DNA of 64,000 nt, from positions 25,981 through 89,980 of the forward strand of contig PDIP01000045.1 of the NCBI GenBank assembly GCA_002811645.1, in the 5' to 3' direction. The position numbers and the translations under genes were made by a program. This document shows, piece after piece, positions 46,074 through 58,145 of this stretch (position 1 is its first letter; each line of letters opens with the position of its first letter). The notes beneath the pieces are model-generated. The model saw only the letters and a program-made list of their open reading frames with translations. It ran no database searches and was not told the DNA's origin. Source of the stretch: Corallochytrium limacisporum Hawaii. Lineage: Eukaryota > Protista > Pluriformea.

Positions 46074-47153
46074 GGTTTAGTCGTCTCGACAGCTTTAATG
46101 GCTTCAATTCTGAAATGTATGCGCTGCAGTGTCTTATTTATAATTCATCATCAAACGGACATCACACTTCCGTTTGACTCGTTCAGTTGTTGTCCTGCGA
46201 ACGAGGGACATATCGGCAAATTTTGAACTCTGGACGCTGTTCCAGTGCTCCACCATCTCCCTAAAGTAGATTTTCCGGAGAGTCACGGACTGCGGACGGT
46301 CGAGCACAGCAGGCGTAAATTTCGGTGTATTTTTGCCTGCGGATCAGGAGCACTAGTCAGCTATGGTGCAACGACGGGATGTATGTATACACTATTGTGG
46401 AAGAAAGGTCTTATCTTTGCGCCGTACGAAAGCTAGAACCGCCGGGGCATTCAACCGTGTTTGCTAAAAGCCCTCGGTCGGGCTAAAGCCCAGTGAGGTT
46501 TTCCGAGTAAGTCCCGGGGTTCCGGAAAAGGCAATGCAAGGAAAACAGTGCCGTTTGCAAACGGGAGTGCGGGGGAGGGGGGCGCATTGTCCCAGGCCAA
46601 AATATACTGAACGACGGAGATGTCCTGAAATCGGGCGAGTCGTTTAGATTGATTAATCTTTTCCGTAAAATTGATCAATAGAAGCCACGGGCTACTGGAA
46701 GATCTGTCGCAAGCTCGCAGAGCCTACAGACGGAGCAAGATAAATGGTGTAGAGTGAACTATTCGGCACAGGCGCTATTTTTAAACACCAGCACTGGTAA
46801 TACAGGCGTGCACAGCGTGTTTGATGATCGATACTTCTGCGCTGTGATGTATAGCGAAATATACGGCGACGAGTCTGCTGATACCAGCCCTTCCGGTTTG
46901 CGCCCTTTACACGCCCATAGATTGCGAGCCACCGTCTGTACACCAGAGTTGTGTTGCTGCTTTGGCTGTGCGTACAGGTGGAACTACGCAACGGGTAAAC
47001 GGCTGTCCGAATCTGTTGTTGTTTCCGCTGTTTCGGAGCCGTCCCCAAAGGGTATAAGCTGGTGTTAATGCTGCCATTTGGCAGAAATTTTGTCATAGAT
47101 CAACAGGACTTGAATTGATTGAGTAGAAAATTTGATAGAGCATACCGGTCACA

Positions 47154-48071
47154 ATGTTGTCCGTGGTCAAGTCTGTCCGCAATGTAGTGCGGACTCCCGG
47201 CACTGTACGTATGGCAACCATGCGCCTGAGCCAAGCCACCTATGCCACGCAGCGCGACAACGTAATCGTCGAACAGCGAGAGGTTTCGAATGGCAAGTAT
47301 GCCGTGCTTAAACTAAACCGCGCTCCTGTCAACTCTTTCGATCACAATATGGTCAAGACAGTGATGGCCACCATGGATGAGATCGAAGCCGATAAGAGCA
47401 TTCGTGGTGTTGTCTACACCAGTGCCATTCCTGGGCAGTTCTCTGCTGGTATTGATCTGGCGCAGATGTCATGCTCCGAGGAGGAATGGCGCGCCTACTG
47501 GGCTGACCTGAGGCAGATGTTCTTCAAACTGTACGAATCCAAAAAAAGCACTGCGTGTATTATCACCGGTGCTGCCCCTGGTCTGGGTGCCGTAATGGCA
47601 TTGGGATGCAGCCACCGTTTCATGCTCACCGGAAGACCCACATTTGGTCTAAACGAAGTGGCTGTGGGTCTTCCTGTCCCTTACTGGCTCTGTGAGCTCT
47701 TCGCTGAAGTTGCCGGAAGTCGCGCCGCTGAGACAATGCTGCCTGTCGCCAAAATGGTACCAGCTGAAGAGGCTCTGAAGCTTGGCATGGTGGACGGTAT
47801 TGCCACCAACTATGACCTTGCCCTGAAGCAGGCCGAAGCCGTCTTCACAAGCGAGTTTTCCTTCCCCCAGCAAGCACAAGCTGACACCCGATCGTTCATC
47901 CGTGGACCTCAGATCAAGCGCTGGAAGTCCGAGGAGTCCATGAAGAAGGACACTGACATCATTTGGGGCTATATTGGCAATCCCAAGTTCCAAGAGTTTA
48001 TCAAGCAGGTCCAGGCCAATCTGAAGGCCAAGGCTTCCAAGGCCAAGGCTGCCAAAGCCGCCAAAGCCTAA
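47154..48071 (+). CDS. ECI1: Mitochondrial enoyl-CoA delta isomerase 1 (crotonase fold)
   Basis: Basic presequence, LNRAPVNS, FSAGIDL, GLNEVAVG, ALKLGMVD. Confidence 0.85.
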   Translation: MLSVVKSVRNVVRTPGTVRMATMRLSQATYATQRDNVIVEQREVSNGKYAVLKLNRAPVNSFDHNMVKTVMATMDEIEADKSIRGVVYTSAIPGQFSAGIDLAQMSCSEEEWRAYWADLRQMFFKLYESKKSTACIITGAAPGLGAVMALGCSHRFMLTGRPTFGLNEVAVGLPVPYWLCELFAEVAGSRAAETMLPVAKMVPAEEALKLGMVDGIATNYDLALKQAEAVFTSEFSFPQQAQADTRSFIRGPQIKRWKSEESMKKDTDIIWGYIGNPKFQEFIKQVQANLKAKASKAKAAKAAKA

Positions 48072-48190
48072 AGACCAGCCGTCCAAGACATACCGCGAAA
48101 CCCACGATCACTCATTTGACAGAATATCCATACAACACAATATAAGTGAAGCATTCTTATGCTTTGTTACTCATACTTTAACTTGACTAT

Positions 48191-48829
48191 CTATTCTTCT
48201 TCATCCTCTTGCCACCAGGAAAGGCAGCCCAGCCCAGGCTCATTGATCGCCCCCGTCACCACCATGGGCGCCCGCCTGATGCTGGCCTTCTCATGAACCG
48301 GATCTCCTTCTGATTCGGATCCACCGGATAATGCATGCTCCCCTTGGTCAATGGCAGGATGGATGTCATGGAAAGAGACCCCGGTGACACGAAATCGAAT
48401 AACCTCCTCCATATCCATATATAGACTGTGATTCTCCCACTGCCAAATCCACAACTGCTCTTCTTTGCTAAAAGTTGAAGGATCTTGAAGATGCTTCGTC
48501 GGTATCCAAACATCATCAAAGAAACGTAACGATACCCTTATACCATGATGGGACATGTTTCGGATTTTGCCCGTCATGACTTCCCCGATAAATGGGCGAA
48601 ACACTACGTAGTTGAACTCAACTGTTGAGAAGTATGTCCCACTGTCTGGGTTGACTTTGATATCTCCGCGGGACACAATGTCCCACAAGCAAATACATAA
48701 TCCGAGGTCTAACACTACTTTGTTTGCATATCTGCGATTAATTTCGTCCTCAATGGCCCCATCAACTGGCATGTTGAATGCAATTGGCTGGACTGTGATA
48801 GAGTCACGAAATCGGGAAAGGATGAACAT
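48191..48829 (-). CDS. POLR3H: RNA polymerase III subunit RPC8/C25
   Basis: MFILS..D, YANKV..LGLCICLWD, VFRPFIGEV, EQLWIW, GLGCLSWW. Confidence 0.95.
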   Translation of the reverse strand: MFILSRFRDSITVQPIAFNMPVDGAIEDEINRRYANKVVLDLGLCICLWDIVSRGDIKVNPDSGTYFSTVEFNYVVFRPFIGEVMTGKIRNMSHHGIRVSLRFFDDVWIPTKHLQDPSTFSKEEQLWIWQWENHSLYMDMEEVIRFRVTGVSFHDIHPAIDQGEHALSGGSESEGDPVHEKASIRRAPMVVTGAINEPGLGCLSWWQEDEEE

Positions 48830-49035
48830 ATTGACTTCTAGTATGTTGGTACTCTGAAAAGAACTCACGCACCCGCCATCATTCTATGGTATGTGTTTTA
48901 AATGATCTCTAGTAAACACGGGCCTCTGAAATTTTGTACTATTTCACATGCGGTTGATCGCTAAAGTAGCTGGCTTGCGCACTGCTAAGTATTTCCACCT
49001 CGCGTGGCGGCTCCTGCAGCTATGCACTACTGGGT

Positions 49036-49069
49036 CCCCTCCCCTCGGGGGAGGGAATGGGGGTGGGGG
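49036..49069. promoter_or_regulatory. G-quadruplex/hairpin-capable tract upstream of POLR3H (representative of about 15 similar tracts)
   Basis: CCCCTCCCCTC followed by G5-A-G3-AAT-G5-T-G5. The regulatory role is inferred from position only. Confidence 0.5.
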
Positions 49070-49259
49070 AAAGTTTAACCAGCCCCCCCACCGGGCCAGG
49101 CCCGGTGGGGCGGGTTTCAGCCCATGGGAGAGCACCCAATATAGCGCTCTTTAGCCTGGGTCATGTAAGTTCTCATAGGATTCCTTTGATTTCTTTATTT
49201 TACTATCGTGTACAATGGAGACATCCACGGCATCATGCCATCCTAGAAATGAACCTGTA

Positions 49260-50153
49260 TCAAGCTACGTATACCCGGATTCTCTCTGCGATCCATTCCC
49301 TGCAGATGGGGCACTCACTAACCATATTGCAACATTCATGGCACATTACCAGGTGATGACATGGTCTCAAGAGGACATTGCTACGGGAATCCAGGCAAAT
49401 TTTGCACAAGTAGTAATCGTCACCATCTCCTCCAACATCATCGGCCTTCTCCTTGTCCTCCTTGGCAGACTTCCAAAGAATTGTAACTTTTTCCACCAGC
49501 AATTCCTTTTCTTTGATGCCTTTCATGTCGACTCCGTGCTGCCTAAGTAAGTACCGCAAGTTTGCAATCTTCAAACCCTTGATCATATCTTCATTGTGAA
49601 TAGAACACAGTTCCACCAGTGGGGTATGCTGCGGGGGGCATTCGTCACGGTGACTTGCCCGTGCCTGCGGGGTCCGTTCGGTTGAGGTTGTGTTGGTGCG
49701 CGTTTGCGATTGTGACTGCCCATGGTCTTGTCTACCATTACCACTCTGATTCCTTAAGTGCCTGTGTTGTGACGTGCTACCAGTTTGTTGGTTGTGGCGC
49801 ATCCGCCACTCAAATGTTCTCTTTGTGATGCCCAAGGCCGGCACTTCTTTACCCCATTGCCTACCGCCCGGAGCATACGCTTCCTGGATCTTATGAATGA
49901 CATCATCTTTATCCGCACATCCAGCTGTAGAAATGTTCACATATATACAGAATGTACGCAGGTCGGAAAGGGTGAACTGACTAATCCTCTCCCGGCCACC
50001 ACCGTTGGCAGCCAGTGACATAATGGCGCAGTGGTGGCAGATCATCTTTCCCTGCAAAGGGACGTCACCACATTTCTTGCACACTGTTCTATGACATCCA
50101 TAGCAGCCTTTGCGCCAAAAGCTCACATTCTTGCCACACAATGCACAAGGCAT
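49260..50153 (-). CDS. RNF34/RFFL-like E3 ligase (FYVE-like zinc finger, SAP-like helices, RING)
   Basis: N-terminal 8-Cys finger, two SAP-like segments (STAGCADKDD; GIKEKELLVEKV), and a C-terminal IAP-type RING CKICLD..LRPCHH..C..C..ECPICR. Confidence 0.85.
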   Translation of the reverse strand: MPCALCGKNVSFWRKGCYGCHRTVCKKCGDVPLQGKMICHHCAIMSLAANGGGRERISQFTLSDLRTFCIYVNISTAGCADKDDVIHKIQEAYAPGGRQWGKEVPALGITKRTFEWRMRHNQQTGSTSQHRHLRNQSGNGRQDHGQSQSQTRTNTTSTERTPQARASHRDECPPQHTPLVELCSIHNEDMIKGLKIANLRYLLRQHGVDMKGIKEKELLVEKVTILWKSAKEDKEKADDVGGDGDDYYLCKICLDSRSNVLLRPCHHLVMCHECCNMVSECPICREWIAERIRVYVA

Positions 50154-50912
50154 GTTGGAACCTTTACGTCCGTACGGGTGCTACCATTTGTTCGATAGTC
50201 TGATCGTTCTGCTATTCATTTCAGTCTGGCGTGGTTTAATGGTTCATCCACTGGTTACAACCATAGAGTGTCCTTGAAGCACCTTGATATGCCAGCACTG
50301 CACATTACAGAGTGAGCTCATCCGCAATCCAAAGCAGTTGCTATGAAGGTGCTGCATCAAGGTGCTGCAAATCACGGTGCCGTGACTGCACCAATTGCTC
50401 TGTGGTGGGGGCAATTCTCGGACCTTCCCACCAAATTGTGTTCTCTCGCTGTAGTAAAACTATAGGCCTGTGTGCCCCCGGGCCCCGGTCACAGCCGGAA
50501 GAAAAGTTCGGATGACTAGTGTGTCGCAAAATTAGCAACGCAGTAGCCTGGGACTCTGTTTTACGTGGGGATAGCTCATCAAATCAATATTTTCCAAGGG
50601 CCCCAACTGCACAGGTGGGTTCGCGTGGACCGGTGGGTTTGAGGCCAGCCAACCAAGGGCGCTGGATGCAACCAGCAAACGACTCGCAGGTAATGTCATC
50701 TGATTCAAAGACTTTTGAAATGGTAGTGTGACGCACGGGAGCGTATTTAGGGCAAGCACAGCAAAAGAGTGCGTCAGGCCAGACGGTGTAAAGCAAGGCG
50801 CGTAGAACAAACAAGGTAGACCTATTCGAATCGTTTAATCTCAACAGATAGCTGTACCATGATACCATGAATGGGTAGTATCGTCATGTGCTGCCCATTT
50901 GGGTAAAGGGGA

Positions 50913-53429
50913 ATGGTATTCAGGACAAATGCACGCATACAGGTACCGTTGTACCCCAGAGCACTGCTCTGGCACCACAAACAGCCATGCCAGCTGCTAC
51001 AAAAGTTTCCCAAGTCAACAAAGTCGCAAGCGAAGCTTAGTCCATGGTTTTCAACCATGAGGAGAGACATGTTACGGATGGCAAGCGTGTCAAATGAGGA
51101 CAGATTGATCCATCCTGATCAGTTTGCTAGAACTTATGATGGTATGCTCAACCGCATCTTCGATCTGACGAGACCGTCTAAGGAATCAAGGGGTTCTCCG
51201 GACGACATTGCTGCGCTGTGGGAATTGGACGCTGAGTGTCCCAGCATGCAGCCTCTTCTAGTAGCAAGAAGGAGACGATTTGCAAGGAGATTTCAGGCCA
51301 TGTCAGCGCCGTCCAATATCACAGAGTTGTGGCGGTTTGAGTCTTCTATTCGTTGCATACTCCAGGATGGATCCCGGCCAATACGAAATCTTCTCCGTCT
51401 TCTCGATAAGGAAATGAAACGCGACTTGCGAGACATGGATTGGTGGCTTGTAAGGCCAATGATAACTTTAATGTACGCTGACCATGCCCGATGGCGAACA
51501 AAGACCTACGAAAGAACAAATCCACGACCCGAACAAACAACGGATGAGGACAATGAAAGCACTGACCAAGCGTCCTCTCGTGTACCGTACAGTAAAGAGA
51601 GCGGATCACGAGATGAGCTAGATGATGTACTGGCGTCAAGACATAGAACTCTTCGGGCTTTGATAACCAAAACGCGGCCGATGGTACCTGAGCTATGGGT
51701 TGCTCCATTAGCGGCGTACTTTATGATTGATCAGAAGCATCTGAAGTTTGAAGATACTGAGCACCAGTGCAGCAAATTGCCGGCCCTGAGCGTCTTGTGT
51801 GCGGTGAATCAAGCCTGCCAACGATGGGACGTCGAAAAGGAACCGAATCGTTTACAGTCTCTTCAACAATCTCCAAAATGGCAGCCAGACTGGGACGACG
51901 TCTGGAATGACATGATTATGCTTGTTGAAAACCTCCAATCCCGAAAATCTGAACAAGCCAAACAAGTGAGGGAAACTCTGCAGGCTATGATTCATTATCA
52001 TAGCTTTATTTCGAGTTGGGAAGGGCTACATCGAGCCTGGACCATAGACGATAGGATAGATTTGAACCGCGCATTCGCAAGTGGATACAAGCGTATGGTG
52101 ATGAAAGGAGATGGAGAGGCACTCAGATCCCTTCCACATGAGACGATTGTCAGCTTTTTAATGGGCTTTCTGAGGAATGCATTTCTCAGAGACACCCACT
52201 ATATAGCTACGAACTCCGAGAGACTCGAACAAGTAAAGTTTTTCGAGGACTACTTAAAGCCCTCCACGCCAACCCTAACGGGCTTACGTGCGTCTGCACA
52301 GGATGATGAGATTCTTAGCGATGCTGAAGTCGTACTCCGACTGGATGAAGACATGTTGTCCTTCTTCAACAAGGATCTTCGGATGGATCGTCTTGGGAAC
52401 CTAGAGATGGTAGACTCACTACAACGATTCCTTGATCATTTTGAAGAGAACGAAGACTTTACACAACTTGTACTATCGATTTTCTCGGGTATGACCTTGA
52501 TGATGAAACCGCACGCGCAAACATTTGATCGAATTGGAATAGCATCTATCATTGCGAAAACAACTGATATTGGGGCTGACGAGGTTGCAAGATATGGGAT
52601 CAGGAACTACGTGACTTTGCGGTATTCCCAAACTTTGCTAGGCGCCTACGCACCCCAATCGAATAAGGAGATATTTAAACTCCTCACAGAAGAGAAGCAT
52701 CGAGATAGTGTTCCGCAAATTGTGCCCCCTGCACCTCTGCAAGCATTCTTAGCTTATCGGTTGGATGACACAAATGATCCCCACGCAAATTACACGCTCG
52801 TTGATGTCAACCAGGAAGACATCCAGTTTGTCATTGCTGCTCTTCAGAGGGCCTTGATGTGGAAGAAGGAACAGTTGAAAGCGTCTGATAAATGGACACC
52901 TTCCGAGCGGTACGATTTTGAATTTGAATGCGCTCAGTGGGCCCGTATCTCCCGTGTTCTGGAAGAACCTGACATTACACGAGAATTCATGTCCCTGGTG
53001 AAGAGGGGACTTCCCAACGTGCAAGAAGGTAAAGCAAGCTGGACGGAGAGGCAGCTCAAGGAGTCCATTTTGGACTCTCTGGCAAAGCATCCCATTCCAA
53101 GTCTCGGGAAAGAGGCCTTGTGGACAAAGCCCCCCAAGATCTTACAGCAACAGTTTGACGGTGTGCTTGCCGGTAGATACGCCATCGAATTCGATGGACC
53201 AGTTCATTTCCTTGTCGACGGTAAAGGAAAGCTGTATCTAAGAGGCATTGAGCATCGGGAGAAGATTCTAGCATGCAAGGAGGCCGGATTGATCCTACTA
53301 CGATTCTGCCATTTCACATTCAACGAAGGGTTTGTTTACAGGGACAAGGTTGAGGCGAAACTCATTTCTTGTCTCCGCAGCCTTGAGCAGAAGGAAGAGT
53401 TTACTCCGGGTGCGTGCTACATATTCTGA
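50913..53429 (+). CDS. RAP-domain (FASTK-like) protein, probably mitochondrial RNA metabolism
   Basis: C-terminal FDGVL...YAIEFDGPVHF...G..LLR endonuclease-like RAP signature and a basic N-terminus. The rest is divergent. Confidence 0.72.
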   Translation: MVFRTNARIQVPLYPRALLWHHKQPCQLLQKFPKSTKSQAKLSPWFSTMRRDMLRMASVSNEDRLIHPDQFARTYDGMLNRIFDLTRPSKESRGSPDDIAALWELDAECPSMQPLLVARRRRFARRFQAMSAPSNITELWRFESSIRCILQDGSRPIRNLLRLLDKEMKRDLRDMDWWLVRPMITLMYADHARWRTKTYERTNPRPEQTTDEDNESTDQASSRVPYSKESGSRDELDDVLASRHRTLRALITKTRPMVPELWVAPLAAYFMIDQKHLKFEDTEHQCSKLPALSVLCAVNQACQRWDVEKEPNRLQSLQQSPKWQPDWDDVWNDMIMLVENLQSRKSEQAKQVRETLQAMIHYHSFISSWEGLHRAWTIDDRIDLNRAFASGYKRMVMKGDGEALRSLPHETIVSFLMGFLRNAFLRDTHYIATNSERLEQVKFFEDYLKPSTPTLTGLRASAQDDEILSDAEVVLRLDEDMLSFFNKDLRMDRLGNLEMVDSLQRFLDHFEENEDFTQLVLSIFSGMTLMMKPHAQTFDRIGIASIIAKTTDIGADEVARYGIRNYVTLRYSQTLLGAYAPQSNKEIFKLLTEEKHRDSVPQIVPPAPLQAFLAYRLDDTNDPHANYTLVDVNQEDIQFVIAALQRALMWKKEQLKASDKWTPSERYDFEFECAQWARISRVLEEPDITREFMSLVKRGLPNVQEGKASWTERQLKESILDSLAKHPIPSLGKEALWTKPPKILQQQFDGVLAGRYAIEFDGPVHFLVDGKGKLYLRGIEHREKILACKEAGLILLRFCHFTFNEGFVYRDKVEAKLISCLRSLEQKEEFTPGACYIF

Positions 53430-54147
53430 CGATGGTGCTCAACTTTCCATCCATGTCGACAACACATTACTTAAAGGAACAAACAGCGGATAGAAGATAG
53501 AACAGAGAAACCCTAGCATCTTACTTTTGCAATGACGATGACCCCGGTGATGATACTCACTAGTGTGTAACACAATACCGCGTCCTGAGGTGGCCCTACC
53601 GAAAAGGAAAGTTTCGAGGCAGCTCCCATAACCCGCACCCATCAATCAATTCTCATTCCAAGCTTCACTGACCCATGCCCGCACCGGGGGGGGGGGCGCA
53701 AACAAAAGAAGTTTTGTGGAGAATAACCGGGAGAAGGGGAGGGGCGCCAATAAACCGCGGGCACGCACGGACGGTCGTTGCAAATAATGTCCTATGTAAT
53801 TTGGTGCATTTGCGGTAGTACACTTGTGGAGATTCAGGAGCGCCGGGCTGCAGGCGCTTCTCCCTCCGTGCTGCTGGCGGCTGGATAACGTAGATGCAAC
53901 ACTTGCGCAGGGCTGGCTGTTTGGCCGTGGAACAGTGCGATTATTGAGTTTTCTCGCCCGTTGTGCAGGTACAAAGTGTGCCACATTCCACTTATGGTGC
54001 TGTGCGAGTACATGTAAGTCACTTATGAATAAAGGGATGAACGCGATAGCATTGAATATGGTTCGAAAGTAAAGGACTGGAGAAATACGACAAGAGTCAT
54101 CTGAAAGATGAAAACATGTCAAACGCATTCTGATCAGTGACATCGGA

Positions 54148-57100
54148 ATGCCAAGCGTGGAATTCGTACAAATGAATGAGACTGTACGCAATGATCTCCG
54201 TCAGGCGATTTCCACCCTCCAGGATGGAAGGGCTGGAAATCAGCAGCGGATCGAAGCAATAAAGTACTGCGAGGCATTCAAAGACAATTCAAGCGTAGCG
54301 GACGTCCTCCCATATTGTCTTGATATCCTGGATAAGTCCCAGGGACGATCTCATGCAGACAGACACTTTGCCCTACAAGTACTTCTTCATATCGTGCAAC
54401 ATCGATGGAATGATGACTGCACACAACAGGAGAAGTCCGACTTAAAGGACATATCCTTGAAACTGCTGGCAAACCAGGTGTATGACATATTGAATGAAGC
54501 AGTGTATGTGAAAGAAAAGATGGCACAGCTGGTGGTGGAGATCGCGAAGCGAGAATGGCCACAACAGTGGCCGTACCTGTTTGGAGATCTGATGAAGATC
54601 GCTGAAAGTGGGGACACCCAAGTTGAATTGGTTCTGATCACCTTACGAACGTTAGCAGAAGACATAGTTATTTACAATGAAGGGATGAAGGAACGCCGCC
54701 GCAAAGAATTGATCACATCGTTAACTAATGAAGTGGAAGGAGTTTTTGGGTTTGTGCGGAATCTTCTGGAGCGGTGGGTATCAGAGTATGAGGCTTGCAA
54801 CGGGAATGCAGCCCGAATTCACAATCTGCGCGTCCCCATTATGCTAGCATCTGCTTCACTTGACTTGATCACGGCGTTTATCAATTGGGTTCCTTTCTCT
54901 GCCATTTACAACAATCGGGTCATTCCCTTGATGTGTGACATTCTTCGAGAATCCGAATTGCGTCTGCGGGCGGCTGGCTGTTTAATGATCCTTTTCACAC
55001 GCAAAGGTAAGACAGAAGAGCGAGCCCCCCTTCTGGGGCTCCTGGATCACTTAGATTTGATCACAAGTGCTACTGCAGTCGACCGCACCCTCGACGGACG
55101 CCCAATTCCTGTAGAGGATCAGAACAATTTTATCAAGCAGTTGGCGCAGGCCATGGTGAACTTGGGAAGTATGCAGCTGCTCCCACTGCTAGAAGATCAG
55201 CCAACTCTCTCAGTTCCCAACCTGCAAGGATATTTGGAGCTTTTGCTTATTATCTTTGATCATCCCTCTATGACAGTGTCGGCACTTACATTGAGTTTAT
55301 GGGTTCAAATTTACAAGGTTCCAGTGGTCACAAGCAGTGCGGCCTTCCAAGCTGTAGAGGAGCGAGTAGTAAACACTGCAGCAAAGAAGATTGTTCGTAG
55401 CGGTGATCCAAACCTTGGAGGCACTGATCTTGCCACGCAGTATAATACCATTGAATTCGATGACAATGTCAACTATCTGAAGAAGTTTGCTTCGTATCGA
55501 CAGAGTATTCTGGATTTGGTCCGTGCGGCCACAGTACATGATCCACAGAAGACAACCGCGGTGGCAGTGAGTTGGCTTCAGAAGTGTCTTCGGGATCCAA
55601 TTGACTACGGCAGATTTGGTAAGTATTTCCGGTTTCAATTCCCTTGGTACAGTAAAAGAGCCAGACTGATGATTGAACTCATCTTGGAGAGATGCCATCA
55701 ATGGCGTAAACTTTGTTCTATCTGCTGTTCACACTCTGATCTGGCTTGTTGAGTATCACGGATCGTTCGTTTTTTCTTAGAACCGTCCTACTAACAATTG
55801 AATGATGTCCCCATTTCTCTATGACAGGCAAATTATATCCTGGATCACAGAGGCAATGTGCGACGGTTAACACACCGGCGTACCTGGAGTTTGATGGCAT
55901 GGCCCGCTTTGTAGAAGCCTGCATTGCATCATGGGACGCTCTGGTTAAGAAAACTGGAGATGGCATTCCGTCTGCTCCCGAACAGGCGGCAATGAATTAC
56001 TTCTTGGAAGGATTGAAGGCTTTGATGGGGTATGAGCCACAGGATGCGTTAATCACATCACAGTACTTCACTGTTTTGGGGGCATACATTCCCGTTTTGA
56101 AAAGGACAGATGCGGCCACGGTAGTACAAGTCACTCGTCGCATTATGGAATATGTACTTTACCGGCAACCAGAGGAAGCGGATTTTAATGTCCATGAACG
56201 GCGCTTCTCAGAGGATACCATTGCAACAAGGAGGAAGGCCTGTACCACTTTGATCAAAGTTGGTGTCGATCTTGCTAATGAATTGAATGCGTACTTCTCC
56301 GAACTTTGCGAGAGCGTGCAGAATATTATTCAGAATAATCTCGTGACGGAATCGGAACGGGTCTACCTCCTTGAGGCTCTGGTGGGTGCGTCGAACAGCA
56401 TCCAGCAACTTGAAACTCGTATGCAATTCCTCGAATCTATCCTGAGCATCTTCGAGAACGATTGGAACGGACAGGAGATTAGTGCAATCGTCTCGGACCC
56501 TCGTGAGTTCATCGCGCGTACCGGAATCGGGCAGACATTTGACAACACACAAGAGATGCTGACCAGCATGACGGAACTGAGCCAGGATCAAACAAGTATC
56601 ATTCTTGCAAGTGCTCAGACAAGACATTTACGTAGAAACCTTTTGGCTCTTGTGTCTGGGTTCCATGCCGTACTGAAACGGGCACACCTTGTCACTATAT
56701 CAGATTCAAGCACAGGCCAGGCATATCAGATTCATCCATGTGCAGGGCACACCATGCGAACTTTGCCGAACTTGCTAGCTCTCGTTCGTACCCTTCACTC
56801 ATTGTGGCTGCCTGAAATGAGAGAAAACATCGGTCCTGCATTCCAGCAAATCCTAGAAATTTCGGACATCGAAAAACTCCATACGTTGGGTCTGATGGAC
56901 ATGCGTGAACAATTGCTCAAGGAAGAGGCCCGGTACAGTTTTAGGTGGCATATCACTGCCTATCGTTCATGGCTAGGAACAGTGCGCGAGATGTGCTACA
57001 ACGCTATGGCATACATGCCATTGATGGGGCCTGAATTTTATAGCATTCCAAATCTCGAGAGAGTGATTGCGGAGAGCATGTTCAGCTACATCACCTCAAT

Positions 57101-58076
57101 GGAGAATCGGCATTTGCGAGCACTACTGAGAACCTTTGCAGTCCCATACTTTGTCAAGTGTCCGGACCTGCAGAGGATGCAAGTCACTGGCAAGCTCCTG
57201 CCGCAACTGATCATGGCGCTGATGGATCGGCTTCGTGATGATTGGGCCAAGGTCAATGCCATGAAGGCAGGTGCAGAAGCTGAGGGACGGCATGACGAAC
57301 CTGATGGCGATGGTTTGCCTATTGCATCATTAGCTGAGGCCCAGGAAATGATCATGGAAAAGGGATTGCGGGACCTTTCGCGTCAGGTTCTTGACTTTTT
57401 GAATGACATGATCTGCATCAACGAGCTGCCTCAGCCGTTCCCGGCCCTGGAGCCGTCCTATCCGGAAGTATCAAAGCTGACTGGTACTGCGTACTTTATA
57501 TTCGACCTCGGACAGACTGAGAATACTCCTGAACTGATCCTCTTTGTGATTGCCTCCGCCTGCACATATTGGAACGACACGGGCGCTGTGCGTAAGGCTG
57601 TCCTATTGTTGTCCAAGCTTGTGCCCTATCTGATCAAGTTGGATAGGTTCCATAAGGTAATCGGAAATGGAATGTTGTTGTCCTTGATCAAAGCACTCAG
57701 CATTCATGGCCAACATGAAGTCTGTCAAACGGAGATTCTCAAGTGCATCTTGGAGATCTATGTGCATGCTCGAACCTTATCAAATGTCGTGGTGGATACC
57801 CTCTTGACGGTCCCTGACGTCACAGTGACTGCGCTGACTGATTTAGACAGCTTGTTGGCCCAGGAGAAGACGGAACGTGCTCGTCGTGATGCCATGAAGA
57901 AGGTCTTGAAGGCTGCTATCGCCGTGAATGTTGGCCAGCAGTTTAAACGCCGCATCAACATTCAAGACCTGTCGACGCAAATTATGAAAATCGAACGGCG
58001 CAAGAGCTTTAGCCTGGATGACCGGCACCACGAAGATTTCAGTTTCCATGAACTGTTTGGTGGCGGGGACCTCTAA
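54148..58076 (+). CDS. XPO5: Exportin-5 (Msn5); two exons 54148-55618 and 55828-58076
   Basis: RHFALQVL..HRWN and EIAKREWPQQWP (importin-beta N/Xpo1 domain), HGQHE. The two track ORFs join in frame (TTT G|GC AAA) across a GTAAGT...CTAAC...CAG intron at 55619-55827. Confidence 0.92.
55659..55746 (+). ncRNA. Intronic box C/D snoRNA (candidate LSU rRNA 2'-O-methylation guide)
   Basis: 7-bp terminal stem AGCCAGA/TCTGGCT, box C TGATGA at 55667-55672, box D CTGA at 55736-55739, and guide CTGCTGTTCACA at 55722-55733. Confidence 0.82.
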
Positions 58077-58145
58077 GTCAATCCCATTCGCATCAATACT
58101 AGTGACACTGTAACCTAAACCTTCTTACTGTAGGTTTTTAATGGT

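Noticed and set aside
50225-50290. tRNA D-arm-like GGCGTGGTTTAATGGT
   Set aside because: No T-arm (GTTCRA) or acceptor stem.
53994-54137. Possible extra XPO5 first exon and 124-nt intron with C/D-like words
   Set aside because: An in-frame splice is possible, but there is no clear branch site, box C is poor and rRNA complementarity is only 8 nt.
55620-55752. XPO5 as two genes or a frameshifted pseudogene
   Set aside because: A canonical intron restores the reading frame.
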